DNA of 64,000 nt, taken from positions 1 to 64,000 of the IMG/VR virus record IMGVR_UViG_3300037634_005704; one strand, written 5' to 3'. Source of the DNA: a virus. The translations under genes were made by a program, and so were the position numbers. The notes under the pieces are model-generated. The model saw only the letters and a list, made by a program, of their open reading frames with translations, was not told the DNA's origin and ran no database searches. This document shows, one piece after another, positions 51,289 to 59,831 of the stretch. Each line of letters opens with the position of its first letter. Within the stretch, counting starts at the first letter, position 1.

Positions 51289-51633
51289 ATGACGATGATG
51301 ACGGAACTGGCTATGGCTACTGAAGCTACACTAAGTGCAAGAGGTAAAACTGCTGCCTTCCTAAATAAAATCTCAACTCCTTACATACCAGTGACTGAAC
51401 CAACTCCTGAAAAGCCTAAACTAATAACCCGTCAAGAATATTGGGAAGACGCAAAGAAAAGATGGGAAATTCATACCAACGAGATTAAAGATCTGATCAA
51501 TGATTGCAAATGGATCATCGAGAAAATTAAACCTTATGTACAAAAAGTAGTATCTGTAGTTAAACCCTATATAGATAAAGTAGTAGCTTGGGTACAAGAT
51601 ATATTCAACCCGGATAAAAAGAAAACAAATTGA
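51289..51633 (+). CDS. hypothetical protein (114 aa)
   Basis: ORF track; alternative start ATG at 51313. Confidence 0.55.
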   Translation: MTMMTELAMATEATLSARGKTAAFLNKISTPYIPVTEPTPEKPKLITRQEYWEDAKKRWEIHTNEIKDLINDCKWIIEKIKPYVQKVVSVVKPYIDKVVAWVQDIFNPDKKKTN

Positions 51634-51699
51634 TCCTGCGCCACAACCAAAGACTATATATACAATAGCTATTATTAAAGAATAGTTAGATAAAAAACA

Positions 51700-51978
51700 A
51701 TGACAGCAGAAAATATCGAGTGGGATCCTAATGCGTATGACCCAGAAGGAAATGTAATTAAAGACAAAGCCTACTGGAAAAGGAGCGCAGAAAATGCAGC
51801 TAGAGCTGCGAATAGAGAGGCTAGCCGAGATCATAGAAAAGACGCTCGAGCACTAAGATCAAAAGATAGAAGTATATCTATGCAAAAAGGTAGAGGAAGA
51901 GAAAGCGTAGATAAACGAGATAAAAACGCACATGACTTTTTAAAAAATTATAAAAATCGTCCTATCTTTAAAAACTAA
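51700..51978 (+). CDS. hypothetical basic protein (92 aa)
   Basis: ORF track. Confidence 0.55.
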   Translation: MTAENIEWDPNAYDPEGNVIKDKAYWKRSAENAARAANREASRDHRKDARALRSKDRSISMQKGRGRESVDKRDKNAHDFLKNYKNRPIFKN

Positions 51979-52027
51979 TAATAAGAAACCTATAATAGAT
52001 AAATAAATAGCAAGCAACCAGGTAAAA

Positions 52028-52183
52028 ATGAATCCTCAACCTGAGAGAACTACACGGCAAGGTAAAGCTAAACAACTGCTAGGCGATGCCGCAAATATAG
52101 TAAAACTTAAAGAACTAGTAGCTCAGGGTGAGCAAAGATACATACCTCAGCAATCCCAAAGAAGACCCACCGCAAGGAGATAA
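52028..52183 (+). CDS. small basic protein (51 aa)
   Basis: Below the track cutoff. Its stop is immediately followed by the ATG of the next gene (TAAATG). Confidence 0.4.
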   Translation: MNPQPERTTRQGKAKQLLGDAANIVKLKELVAQGEQRYIPQQSQRRPTARR

Positions 52184-52603
52184 ATGGTTAGAGACAACTT
52201 TGACGACATATCAGAAGAAGCGGAACTGCGCCGAACAAAAGATTATTACTCAGAGGAGTACCCAGCAGGACCACACCCTACAGGACGCCGCGCCGCAGGG
52301 CCACGGCCAACAAGACCGAACTCAGCAGAACTGCACTCAGCAGAAATGAGTCAAGCAGGAATGTTGCAATCGGGAGAAAACCCTGTTGGCGGTAGATTAT
52401 ATGAATATGTTGAACCAAAGTCGTTCCTCGACCGACATTCACATATGTACGACGCGTTGATAAAAAGTTTTGGAGGATACGAAGATGATGCAAGAGAATC
52501 TTTTTGGGCAAATCTCCCAGAAGAAAAACGAGCAGAGCTTTTATATCATGCCAGAAGTGGGATGGATCCTTACTCCCTGTATCTGAGTCCTAAAAGGGCA
52601 TGA
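52184..52603 (+). CDS. hypothetical protein (139 aa)
   Basis: ORF track. Preferred over the overlapping GTG-start ORF 52128..52349. Confidence 0.6.
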   Translation: MVRDNFDDISEEAELRRTKDYYSEEYPAGPHPTGRRAAGPRPTRPNSAELHSAEMSQAGMLQSGENPVGGRLYEYVEPKSFLDRHSHMYDALIKSFGGYEDDARESFWANLPEEKRAELLYHARSGMDPYSLYLSPKRA

Positions 52604-52651
52604 ATAAGTCTTAAAGTTAGAATAAATAAATAGTAATCAATACAAATAAAG

Positions 52652-53602
52652 ATGCAATATGCACTCCCTTCCGACGAAGAAAGGTTAGCAATGCTGACTG
52701 GAACTGGAATGTATGGAGGTGGCACTAGTCAAAGTATGCCAACTGGTAATAGTGGTGGTGGATACTATTCACAATATCAAGATCCACCAAAACGAAACTA
52801 TGGCAATTGGCAAGATGCAATGACTATAGCCGAAATGCGAACTATAGGTGATGACATATTAGACGAAGAAGGTAACCCCACAGGAAAAAAAGTTTACGGA
52901 GACTGGAGAACTATGCCTGTCCCTAAACAAAAACCTTGGAGTCCAAAAGGTACTGATGAACCTCGATACGCAGGCAGTGGAGGAGGTATCTCTGGAATCC
53001 CAGGTGGCGGACGCGGACTCTCCTCTGATGAAGATAGGTATGCAATGCTAACTGGACGCGGCCCCACATCGGAATATGATAGTTCTAATTACGGACCCTC
53101 CTCTGATGAAGATAGGTATGCACTATTGACTGGACGCGGCTCCACATCAGGAGATGACATGGCTTGGTCTGGCGGATCAAGAGACTTTGACGAAAGCACA
53201 GGAACCTATCGTCCCGGATATAGAGGAACTAGTGAAGATGATAGTTCTAATTACAGTAATAATTACGGACTCTCCTCTGATAGAGATAGGTATGCAATGC
53301 TAACTGGGAGTGGTGGTGAGGAGTCTAGTGGAAGTAGTGGCTATGCCCCCTCTAACTACAGCCTTAGCGGCCTCTCCAGTGGACTTTCTTCCGATAAAGA
53401 TAGGTATGCAATGCTAACTGGAACTGGAAGTGGTTCATCTGATTCTAGATATTCACCAAGTCTGTCCCGACTTGACTTTTTAGCACAAGAAAGAGTGAAA
53501 GATCAGGCTGATGGTATATATTCCACAGACGGTTATGCTGAATTCAGCCCAACTGATAGAAAATATATGGACAGCAGAATGAGATATTACAGTGGTTATT
53601 GA
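52652..53602 (+). CDS. Gly/Ser/Tyr-rich protein with 5 x SD[EKR][DE]R[YL]A[ML]LTG motifs (316 aa)
   Basis: PSDEERLAMLTGTG, SSDEDRYAMLTGRG, SSDEDRYALLTGRG, SSDRDRYAMLTGSG and SSDKDRYAMLTGTG. Confidence 0.65.
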   Translation: MQYALPSDEERLAMLTGTGMYGGGTSQSMPTGNSGGGYYSQYQDPPKRNYGNWQDAMTIAEMRTIGDDILDEEGNPTGKKVYGDWRTMPVPKQKPWSPKGTDEPRYAGSGGGISGIPGGGRGLSSDEDRYAMLTGRGPTSEYDSSNYGPSSDEDRYALLTGRGSTSGDDMAWSGGSRDFDESTGTYRPGYRGTSEDDSSNYSNNYGLSSDRDRYAMLTGSGGEESSGSSGYAPSNYSLSGLSSGLSSDKDRYAMLTGTGSGSSDSRYSPSLSRLDFLAQERVKDQADGIYSTDGYAEFSPTDRKYMDSRMRYYSGY

Positions 53603-53690
53603 TGGTAAACTTCTGTACCTAATACATAATTAAAAACTAGATTTGCTACAGATAGAATTAATATCATACAATTAAAAAAATAACCGAGAA

Positions 53691-55166
53691 ATGTCGACCG
53701 TAAAAACTTCAGATCAATTTAAAGATATTGAAAATTATGCAAAAGATATTGGAGACTCTGATAAAAAACTAAGATTCGACGAAATTCAAGGTCTTGCAGA
53801 TAAATGGAAAACAACAGGAGAGAGGATGGCGGGTGAAAGAGTTGAAGCCGCAAAAACAGCAGAGAGAACAGCCGTACAAGATGAATACAAACAAAGAGCG
53901 ACGTCAGCAGGCGCTACAGATGTGGACGACCTTATTCGGACATATGGAGAACGGGGAACCCAGTTATCTGAACAGCAAAAGAGCTATGACCGTCTTGGCA
54001 TTGATGACCACAGTGCCCTAGTTTCAGGGTATGAAACTAGGGGATCAGATATAACGGGGTTACAAGGTGATGCGGCAGCAGCGCAAACAGCGTTTAATAC
54101 AAAATATGGAGATCTACAATCAGAATTGCAGGCAGAAAAAGCATTATATGGAACAGGAGGAGAGAAAGATTATCAGCAAAAAGTGTGGGATCTAGAGCAA
54201 AAACAAAAAGAATACGAAACACTCACCGGAGCCAAGGACACTCTACAAACTGCCTATGACACACAATCACAATTATATGGAGAAGGAGGAGAGAAAGATT
54301 ATTCAGCCCTAAAACTAAAAGAAGCACTAACTTCACAAAATCTGTCACAGTATCAAACAGGAGGAGATAAGGATTATGGTGCAGCTGTACAAGATCTACA
54401 AGACCAGCAGTCAGATTTCAATATAAAATATGGAGATCTACAAGGAAAATATGGAGACCTTAAAGGACAGTATGGAACTTTAGAAGGTGAACATGAAGGT
54501 CTTGGAAAACAATACGGAGACCTACAAACCTCATACCAAGGTGTTCAAGACAAATATGGAACAGGAGGAACTCATGATTATGAAGCCCTACAAGAAAAAT
54601 ACTCAGGAGTGCAAGGAGAGTATGGACTACTCCAAGGTCAACACAAAGGTCTACAAGACTCATACCAAGGTGTTCAAGATAAATATGGAAAAGGAGGAAC
54701 TCATGATTATTCAGCCCTACAAAAAGACTACGCAGGTCTGCAAGGAGAGCATGGATACCTCCAAGGTCAACACACAGGTCTACAAGGCTCATATGGAGAA
54801 CTAAGAGACAAATATGCAACAGGAGGAACTCATGATTACTCAGCCCTACAAAAAGACTATGGAACTTTACAAGGAAGACACGGTGAGTTACAAGGAAGAT
54901 ACGAAGGGCTGTCAGGTAGCCAATCACAACCTACTCGGGCTCCTATAGTTAAAGATGATCGAGGAGTCCAAACGACAAACCTAGGAGCTTATTCAAGTGG
55001 TGGTCCCACTAGCGGATATAGCGCAGGAACTCCCAGACCTAGTGGCGCAGAGGCTTCACCCTATGATTATTCCTATGATTATTCTCGTGACGGTTCAGGC
55101 ACTAGACCTAAAAACCCTAATCTAATGTCCGATAAAGATAGAATGGCTCTTCTGACAGGAAAGTAA
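53691..55166 (+). CDS. repeat protein (6 x Y-x-[TE]-GG-x-[KH]-DY; ~40-aa period), C-terminus MSDKDRMALLTGK (491 aa)
   Basis: ORF track. Repeats such as DKYGTGGTHDYEALQEKYSGVQGEYGLLQGQHKGLQDSYQGVQ. Confidence 0.65.
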   Translation: MSTVKTSDQFKDIENYAKDIGDSDKKLRFDEIQGLADKWKTTGERMAGERVEAAKTAERTAVQDEYKQRATSAGATDVDDLIRTYGERGTQLSEQQKSYDRLGIDDHSALVSGYETRGSDITGLQGDAAAAQTAFNTKYGDLQSELQAEKALYGTGGEKDYQQKVWDLEQKQKEYETLTGAKDTLQTAYDTQSQLYGEGGEKDYSALKLKEALTSQNLSQYQTGGDKDYGAAVQDLQDQQSDFNIKYGDLQGKYGDLKGQYGTLEGEHEGLGKQYGDLQTSYQGVQDKYGTGGTHDYEALQEKYSGVQGEYGLLQGQHKGLQDSYQGVQDKYGKGGTHDYSALQKDYAGLQGEHGYLQGQHTGLQGSYGELRDKYATGGTHDYSALQKDYGTLQGRHGELQGRYEGLSGSQSQPTRAPIVKDDRGVQTTNLGAYSSGGPTSGYSAGTPRPSGAEASPYDYSYDYSRDGSGTRPKNPNLMSDKDRMALLTGK

Positions 55167-55208
55167 TTCTTTCGACTATCATCACTAAAAATAAGAGGAT
55201 TTAAAACA

Positions 55209-55589
55209 ATGGGTAGCGGCGGCGGTTCAAAAAGAAGTTCCAGAGAAAGAGAAGGTGTCTACACCAGAAAGGACATGGAGGAACTGGATGAACATTGGAA
55301 AAGTAACTACGAAAACTTATCAACACAGCACGAGCAACAAGGACAACAGTTAGAACAAACAAGAACTGGGGCTACGCTACGAACTGACCTTCATAATGTG
55401 GAACGAGAAGCTCTACTAGCTGCTCAAGGAGCAGCTATACGTAGACCTCCAGTTCAAATAGCACCAGTAAGTGGACAAGGTATTAGCCCAGTAGAGGAAG
55501 CAATAGCAGCATCTCTGGCAAAGCGAAGTGATGATGAAGAAAATCCATATCTGCGATCCCCAAGATTTGCCCAGCCCCCAGGATATTAA
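55209..55589 (+). CDS. hypothetical protein (126 aa)
   Basis: ORF track. Confidence 0.55.
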   Translation: MGSGGGSKRSSREREGVYTRKDMEELDEHWKSNYENLSTQHEQQGQQLEQTRTGATLRTDLHNVEREALLAAQGAAIRRPPVQIAPVSGQGISPVEEAIAASLAKRSDDEENPYLRSPRFAQPPGY

Positions 55590-55626
55590 ATCCTAAAATA
55601 AACGTATGAATAGGCAGTAAAGTGCA

Positions 55627-55905
55627 ATGGCTAACTTGTACACATACATGATTACTGCCATGAAAAACAGTACAGATATGAATAAACACCATCAATCTGT
55701 AGTTCGCAGATTAGATGAGATACTCAATAGTTTAGATATATTACTAGAAGATCCACTCTTCATCGATAATATCCACGGAGAACAAGATCTCAGTCTGGAT
55801 CAGACTGTAGAGCTTATAAAAATCATAAAAACACAGTTTTTGCCAGGAAAAGAAGCTCCTGAAATCTCCCCTCTCTACGAATCTGGCGCGTTTGATGTAT
55901 CATGA
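55627..55905 (+). CDS. hypothetical protein (92 aa)
   Basis: ORF track. Confidence 0.55.
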   Translation: MANLYTYMITAMKNSTDMNKHHQSVVRRLDEILNSLDILLEDPLFIDNIHGEQDLSLDQTVELIKIIKTQFLPGKEAPEISPLYESGAFDVS

Positions 55906-55929
55906 AAAAGTCCACCTGCACACAACACC

Positions 55930-56097
55930 ATGACAGGCTATGCTCCTCTATTCAATCTCAGTGCTGACAAATCAGAACAGTACCTCCAAGACGAAGCTTT
56001 AAGAGTTCTTAAAAGAGACGCTAAGCATGCACTAAAAAGCCACGATCCTAACGAACGGCTCCAAGGTGTTCGCTCTATCCAACTTCTTAATTATTAA
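55930..56097 (+). CDS. small hypothetical protein (55 aa)
   Basis: Below the track cutoff. Reads MTGYAPLFNLSADKSEQYLQDEALRVLKRDAKHALKSHDPNERLQGVRSIQLLNY. No clear RBS. Confidence 0.3.
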   Translation: MTGYAPLFNLSADKSEQYLQDEALRVLKRDAKHALKSHDPNERLQGVRSIQLLNY

Positions 56098-56257
56098 TAC
56101 TTGAAATCTAAAGATTTCTAAGTAGACAGAACCCTTACCACTGCTAGTATGAGTTTCCTGAACTCAGTCATAGCAGTGGTTTTTCATTGTACAGAACCTT
56201 CTACAGTGCAAATTAATTCCCCTCATAATTAAATACGCGAATAAGAAAATAAAAATC

Positions 56258-56425
56258 ATGATGAGCATGAAAGGAGCTACAGCAACTAAAAAACTTGCCT
56301 GGGCAATACTTACAAAAACAAATCCTAGTGAAGTTATAAAAGTAACCAATCACGAAGAAGCTGATCAAACTGTTAAAGATAACCCCGAGGTATATTACAA
56401 GTCAGGACCATTTCTATTGGCGTAA
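56258..56425 (+). CDS. small hypothetical protein (55 aa)
   Basis: Below the track cutoff. Reads MMSMKGATATKKLAWAILTKTNPSEVIKVTNHEEADQTVKDNPEVYYKSGPFLLA. Competes with the antisense track ORF 56164..56349. Confidence 0.35.
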   Translation: MMSMKGATATKKLAWAILTKTNPSEVIKVTNHEEADQTVKDNPEVYYKSGPFLLA

Positions 56426-56427
56426 GA

Positions 56428-56688
56428 ATGAGCATGAGAGAAACTCTCCTAAAAGCACAGCGTATGCACGCTCAAGGAGAAATTGAAATGCATCGAGCAA
56501 ATATAGAAGTATATCTAAAAAATCCAGTAGGTATCGGAGAACACCCAGGAATTACAGAAGCAATCAGTGAAGAGTTAGATAAAATGGCACGTTATCATGA
56601 TCAATTAGAAATACTCAATAAATATTTCGAACTTTATAAAACAGATAATGATCCAAACAATCTTACTGCCATCCTAGGAGAAAAATAG
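56428..56688 (+). CDS. hypothetical helical protein (86 aa)
   Basis: ORF track. Confidence 0.55.
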   Translation: MSMRETLLKAQRMHAQGEIEMHRANIEVYLKNPVGIGEHPGITEAISEELDKMARYHDQLEILNKYFELYKTDNDPNNLTAILGEK

Positions 56689-56805
56689 CAGATAAAACAA
56701 TGATGCCTGTTGTAACAGAAATTCTTTTTAACCAAAAGTACACTCCAACTATTGCAAGAGAATCGCAATCTGCTAACTTTAATCAGTATAAAGACTCAGA
56801 ACCGA

Positions 56806-57006
56806 ATGGGATTCCCAGTGACCGGCCACGTCGTATTTATATATCACTCAGACGTTGGATCGCATCATCCTCAATTCGCTTCCTTCAGTGAAGCAGAAAA
56901 ATTTGCAAACGATTTACGTGCCCTAACAAAACTCACTGTGAGTGAACCCATCCCCGTTATTGCAACAGAATCACATAAAGAAAGAATCGCAGACTTCCAT
57001 AACTGA
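56806..57006 (+). CDS. hypothetical protein (66 aa from ATG 56806)
   Basis: Track ORF 56752..57006 trimmed to its first ATG. Overlaps the tail of ORF 56700..56891. Confidence 0.45.
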   Translation: MGFPVTGHVVFIYHSDVGSHHPQFASFSEAEKFANDLRALTKLTVSEPIPVIATESHKERIADFHN

Positions 57007-57042
57007 CATGCTATCTTTAGTAATCACGTATCTTTTTAAATA

Positions 57043-57294
57043 ATGGCTTCTGTCATAAGCGTCTCTGTGCCAGCTGAACTCGCTCGTAGATGGAAAGCAT
57101 CAGAGAAGAATATAAGTCCCTCTGCACTCTTCCAAACTGCCTTAGAAACAGAATTAGATAATACAAACAAGGCAATGAATTATTGGAGCGGTCGTGCTCT
57201 TTCAGCTGAGAAAAAATTAAAAACTATTCAAAATGTAATCAATGCCAATGATAAGGATGTCAAGAAATTTCTATTGTTCGAAAATGATCGGTAG
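57043..57294 (+). CDS. ribbon-helix-helix (CopG/Arc-like) DNA-binding protein candidate (83 aa)
   Basis: The N-terminal beta-strand plus helix, VISVSVPAELARRWKA, is typical of RHH proteins. Confidence 0.5.
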   Translation: MASVISVSVPAELARRWKASEKNISPSALFQTALETELDNTNKAMNYWSGRALSAEKKLKTIQNVINANDKDVKKFLLFENDR

Positions 57295-57316
57295 CAGTAG
57301 AATAGATCAGTCATAA

Positions 57317-57529
57317 ATGTCTACTCATTTAATGAATGTAGTTATAACACCAGACTTATTTCCTATGACTAATAAAACTACTGAGCGGCACGAAATACTC
57401 TCCGTCTTAGAAGAACTAAAAGAAGAACATGTAGTGCCAATTAATATGAGTACCGGAGAATTTATGATGGAATGTATGTCTCGAGGACTGAACGATTATC
57501 GAAAAGATCTAGTTGTTTACGATTGTTAG
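57317..57529 (+). CDS. hypothetical protein (70 aa)
   Basis: ORF track. Confidence 0.5.
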   Translation: MSTHLMNVVITPDLFPMTNKTTERHEILSVLEELKEEHVVPINMSTGEFMMECMSRGLNDYRKDLVVYDC

Positions 57530-57555
57530 AATAATTTAAAAAGTAAATATAGAAA

Positions 57556-58086
57556 ATGCCTAGCGAAGAGGAAACTAGAGAGTTTTTAAAACAATTCACT
57601 GCGCAACAAGAAACAGACACAGACCCAACTCAAGTAATGAGCTGGCAAGAGAGAGTGGCTGCAAGAAAGGAAGACAGAATTAGAACTAGACAAGAAGCTG
57701 CAGAAAAAGCAAAGGCAACTTTAGAAGGTAGAAATACAACTAATCCACCACGTAAAAAAGATGGTAAATCAAATCCCGAATATGATGACTATCGTCAAAA
57801 ACAACTAGAAGATGAAGGTCTACTAGGAGAAACTGATCCAAATAGCGTATGGGCTAACCTTGAAAGAGGTGTTCGAATAAGACCTGAGCAAATGGGACAA
57901 GGTCATCAAAATGTAGGTGATTTTGTAGGCGATGCCGAGAATGTAGCTAAGTTTATAACAAAAATGCGTGCCGATTTAAATCTAGAAAATCCGCAAAATG
58001 AACAGCTAAGAGGTGATAATTATCAAGGCTATGACCACCCCGACTTACTACCAGGGGAATATGACCGGAAACGCTATGCCCCATAA
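57556..58086 (+). CDS. hypothetical charged protein (176 aa), last gene of the plus train
   Basis: ORF track. Confidence 0.6.
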   Translation: MPSEEETREFLKQFTAQQETDTDPTQVMSWQERVAARKEDRIRTRQEAAEKAKATLEGRNTTNPPRKKDGKSNPEYDDYRQKQLEDEGLLGETDPNSVWANLERGVRIRPEQMGQGHQNVGDFVGDAENVAKFITKMRADLNLENPQNEQLRGDNYQGYDHPDLLPGEYDRKRYAP

Positions 58087-58603
58087 AATAAAAAATGAAT
58101 GACTTTACTTACGTAATACTCTGGACACTAACAATAAACTTGACCATAGTAATACTCCTCCAAATATTCTTAGATACTGAAGAAGATTAATTATAGTATT
58201 ACATAGTGGAAATTCGATTCATCAACCGAGAAAAGAAATCTTTGCCACCCACTTTGCTATCAGCCAATATATAGTCAGAACCACTGTTGCTGAACCAATT
58301 GACAAAGCGAGAAAAGAGATCATTTGATGGCTTGATTGAGTTCATTATTCATATATAAGTTTATAGGATGTTAGAGGTAAAAGATAAATAATTCCGTAAC
58401 ATCTGTAGCCAATCTAGAGTAATCATATCTGCTAAAAATAAAGTGACTAAGCATTACACCGTTGGATATCACGAAGCTGATCGTTCACATCGAGATATTT
58501 GTACTTATGCTAATAGTTCTTTCGAAGCTGAGGAATTCGCCACAGAAGATGTCATTTACTTACATGAACATCCTAATTCAATCGAGTCAATCTGCCTAGA
58601 AGA

Positions 58604-59284
58604 TTAATAGCCACCCCTCGTGGGATCTCCTCCCGTCATACTCTCTCTAAATCTTCTCTGATATTCAGGCGGACCGCCTGAATTTTCAAGAGTCGTAGGA
58701 TTCGCTATAGTAGCGCCGCCTCCACGTTGATCAGACCCTTGATTAACATTAATAGGAACATTGGCATCAGCAACCAACCAAGGATCAGCATAAGGAACTG
58801 ATACCTGAGGATAATCAAGTAGCAAATCCCGATCCAGACCTGGATCATGAGGTTCATAAACACGCTCAAGAGGATCTATAGGACCCTGTGCATCCATAAT
58901 GCTCTTCATCTTTTCATATTGAGGATCATACGGATTATCAAGAGGATTAGACGCCAGTGTGTCACCCAGAGTTACTCCTGTATTATTGTTCTTACCTGCC
59001 AATAAACTCTGTAAAAACAACCGCCCGTTACCTAAAAACGCAGGATTGGCACCTGGTAAATTGCTCTGATCTCCAACAGATGGCTCTCCATCTGGTCCTA
59101 ACCAGTGGCCAGGAAACGTACCAGGCATAAGCGGATCATCATATTCCATGACGTGCCGATATCTACCAGTACCTCCAGGTTCTTGTTCTACTCCCCTCCA
59201 ATTCCAATTTCCTGTTGGAGAGATAAGAGGTGGGAAAGTGTTTGGGTCTATGGATTCGTAACCGCTCATAGGTTGCATTTCCAT
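58604..59284 (-). CDS. Pro/Gly/Asp-rich hypothetical protein (226 aa from ATG 59284)
   Basis: Track ORF 58604..59338 trimmed to the ATG at 59284, which lies 21 nt downstream of the duplicated 19-nt leader motif. Confidence 0.55.
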   Translation of the reverse strand: MEMQPMSGYESIDPNTFPPLISPTGNWNWRGVEQEPGGTGRYRHVMEYDDPLMPGTFPGHWLGPDGEPSVGDQSNLPGANPAFLGNGRLFLQSLLAGKNNNTGVTLGDTLASNPLDNPYDPQYEKMKSIMDAQGPIDPLERVYEPHDPGLDRDLLLDYPQVSVPYADPWLVADANVPINVNQGSDQRGGGATIANPTTLENSGGPPEYQRRFRESMTGGDPTRGGY

Positions 59285-59305
59285 CTTTCTATCAATACTA
59301 TTTCT

Positions 59306-59324
59306 TTTAATTTTAACTGTACTA
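59306..59324 (-). promoter_or_regulatory. duplicated 19-nt leader/promoter motif, copy 1 (minus-strand TAGTACAGTTAAAATTAAA)
   Basis: Exact 19-mer, also present at 59832-59850. Lies 21 nt upstream of the ATG at 59284. Confidence 0.55.
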
Positions 59325-59338
59325 AGTACTACATCCAA

Positions 59339-59809
59339 TTAGAAGCCTGCCACCGCACTAGTCGCGGGAGGCCAATACTGCTCTAGTTCAATGTTCTTCG
59401 GAAAGAAATCTAGTCCTTGCTTCCACTCTTCACTCCCAAAATCTGAAGCATCCTCAATATAAGCTGGAGCTTGTATTGGAGGCTGATAGGGTAGGAACTG
59501 TGGATGAACTGAATCACTCATAATTCCTGTATAAGGAGAAGCAACAGGAGGTCCTACATAATCTGTTACCCCTAGACTATTCATCAATTGCTGGTCCTCA
59601 ATAGATTCATCAGAAAAAGCATGATCTAATTGCCACTGTCTCTCATGTGCAGGGGAATGTCCTTTTCTCCAACCTTCACGTCCAATCATTTGTTTAACAG
59701 CGTCATTCCCTATATCAGCAGGCTCCCAAGAACGACCGCCTATATATTCTGGTAAAAAACGTCTTGCGTTGTACCAACGATCTTCTATAGAAGGATTAGC
59801 TCCTGGCAT
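59339..59809 (-). CDS. hypothetical protein (156 aa from ATG 59809)
   Basis: Track ORF 59339..59824 (TTG start) trimmed to the ATG at 59809, which lies 22 nt downstream of the 19-nt motif. Confidence 0.55.
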   Translation of the reverse strand: MPGANPSIEDRWYNARRFLPEYIGGRSWEPADIGNDAVKQMIGREGWRKGHSPAHERQWQLDHAFSDESIEDQQLMNSLGVTDYVGPPVASPYTGIMSDSVHPQFLPYQPPIQAPAYIEDASDFGSEEWKQGLDFFPKNIELEQYWPPATSAVAGF

Positions 59810-59831
59810 TTTTCTAATTAACAATATATCC

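Noticed and set aside
52128-52349. 73-aa GTG-start plus-strand ORF, and the minus-strand ORF 52278..52511.
   Set aside because: They overlap the better-supported 52028..52183 and 52184..52603 pair (TAAATG junction). The product is a Gln/Thr repeat produced by frame-shifted reading.
54460-54927. 155-aa minus-strand ORF and 105-aa plus-strand alternative-frame ORF within 53691..55166.
   Set aside because: They are by-products of the 120-nt tandem repeats. Their products are repetitive His/Leu/Val strings with no start context.
56164-56349. 61-aa minus-strand ORF, very hydrophobic.
   Set aside because: It lies antisense to a plausible 55-aa plus-strand ORF in a plus-strand train. It could be a real membrane peptide, but there is no RBS or start coupling, so it is left uncalled.
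56700-56891. 63-aa plus-strand ORF overlapping 56752..57006.
   Set aside because: Its N-terminal 36 aa look plausible. Its C-terminal half (GIPSDRPRRIYISLRRWIASSSIRFLQ) is a frame-shifted reading of the next gene. It may be a short real gene or a frameshift partner, so it is not called.
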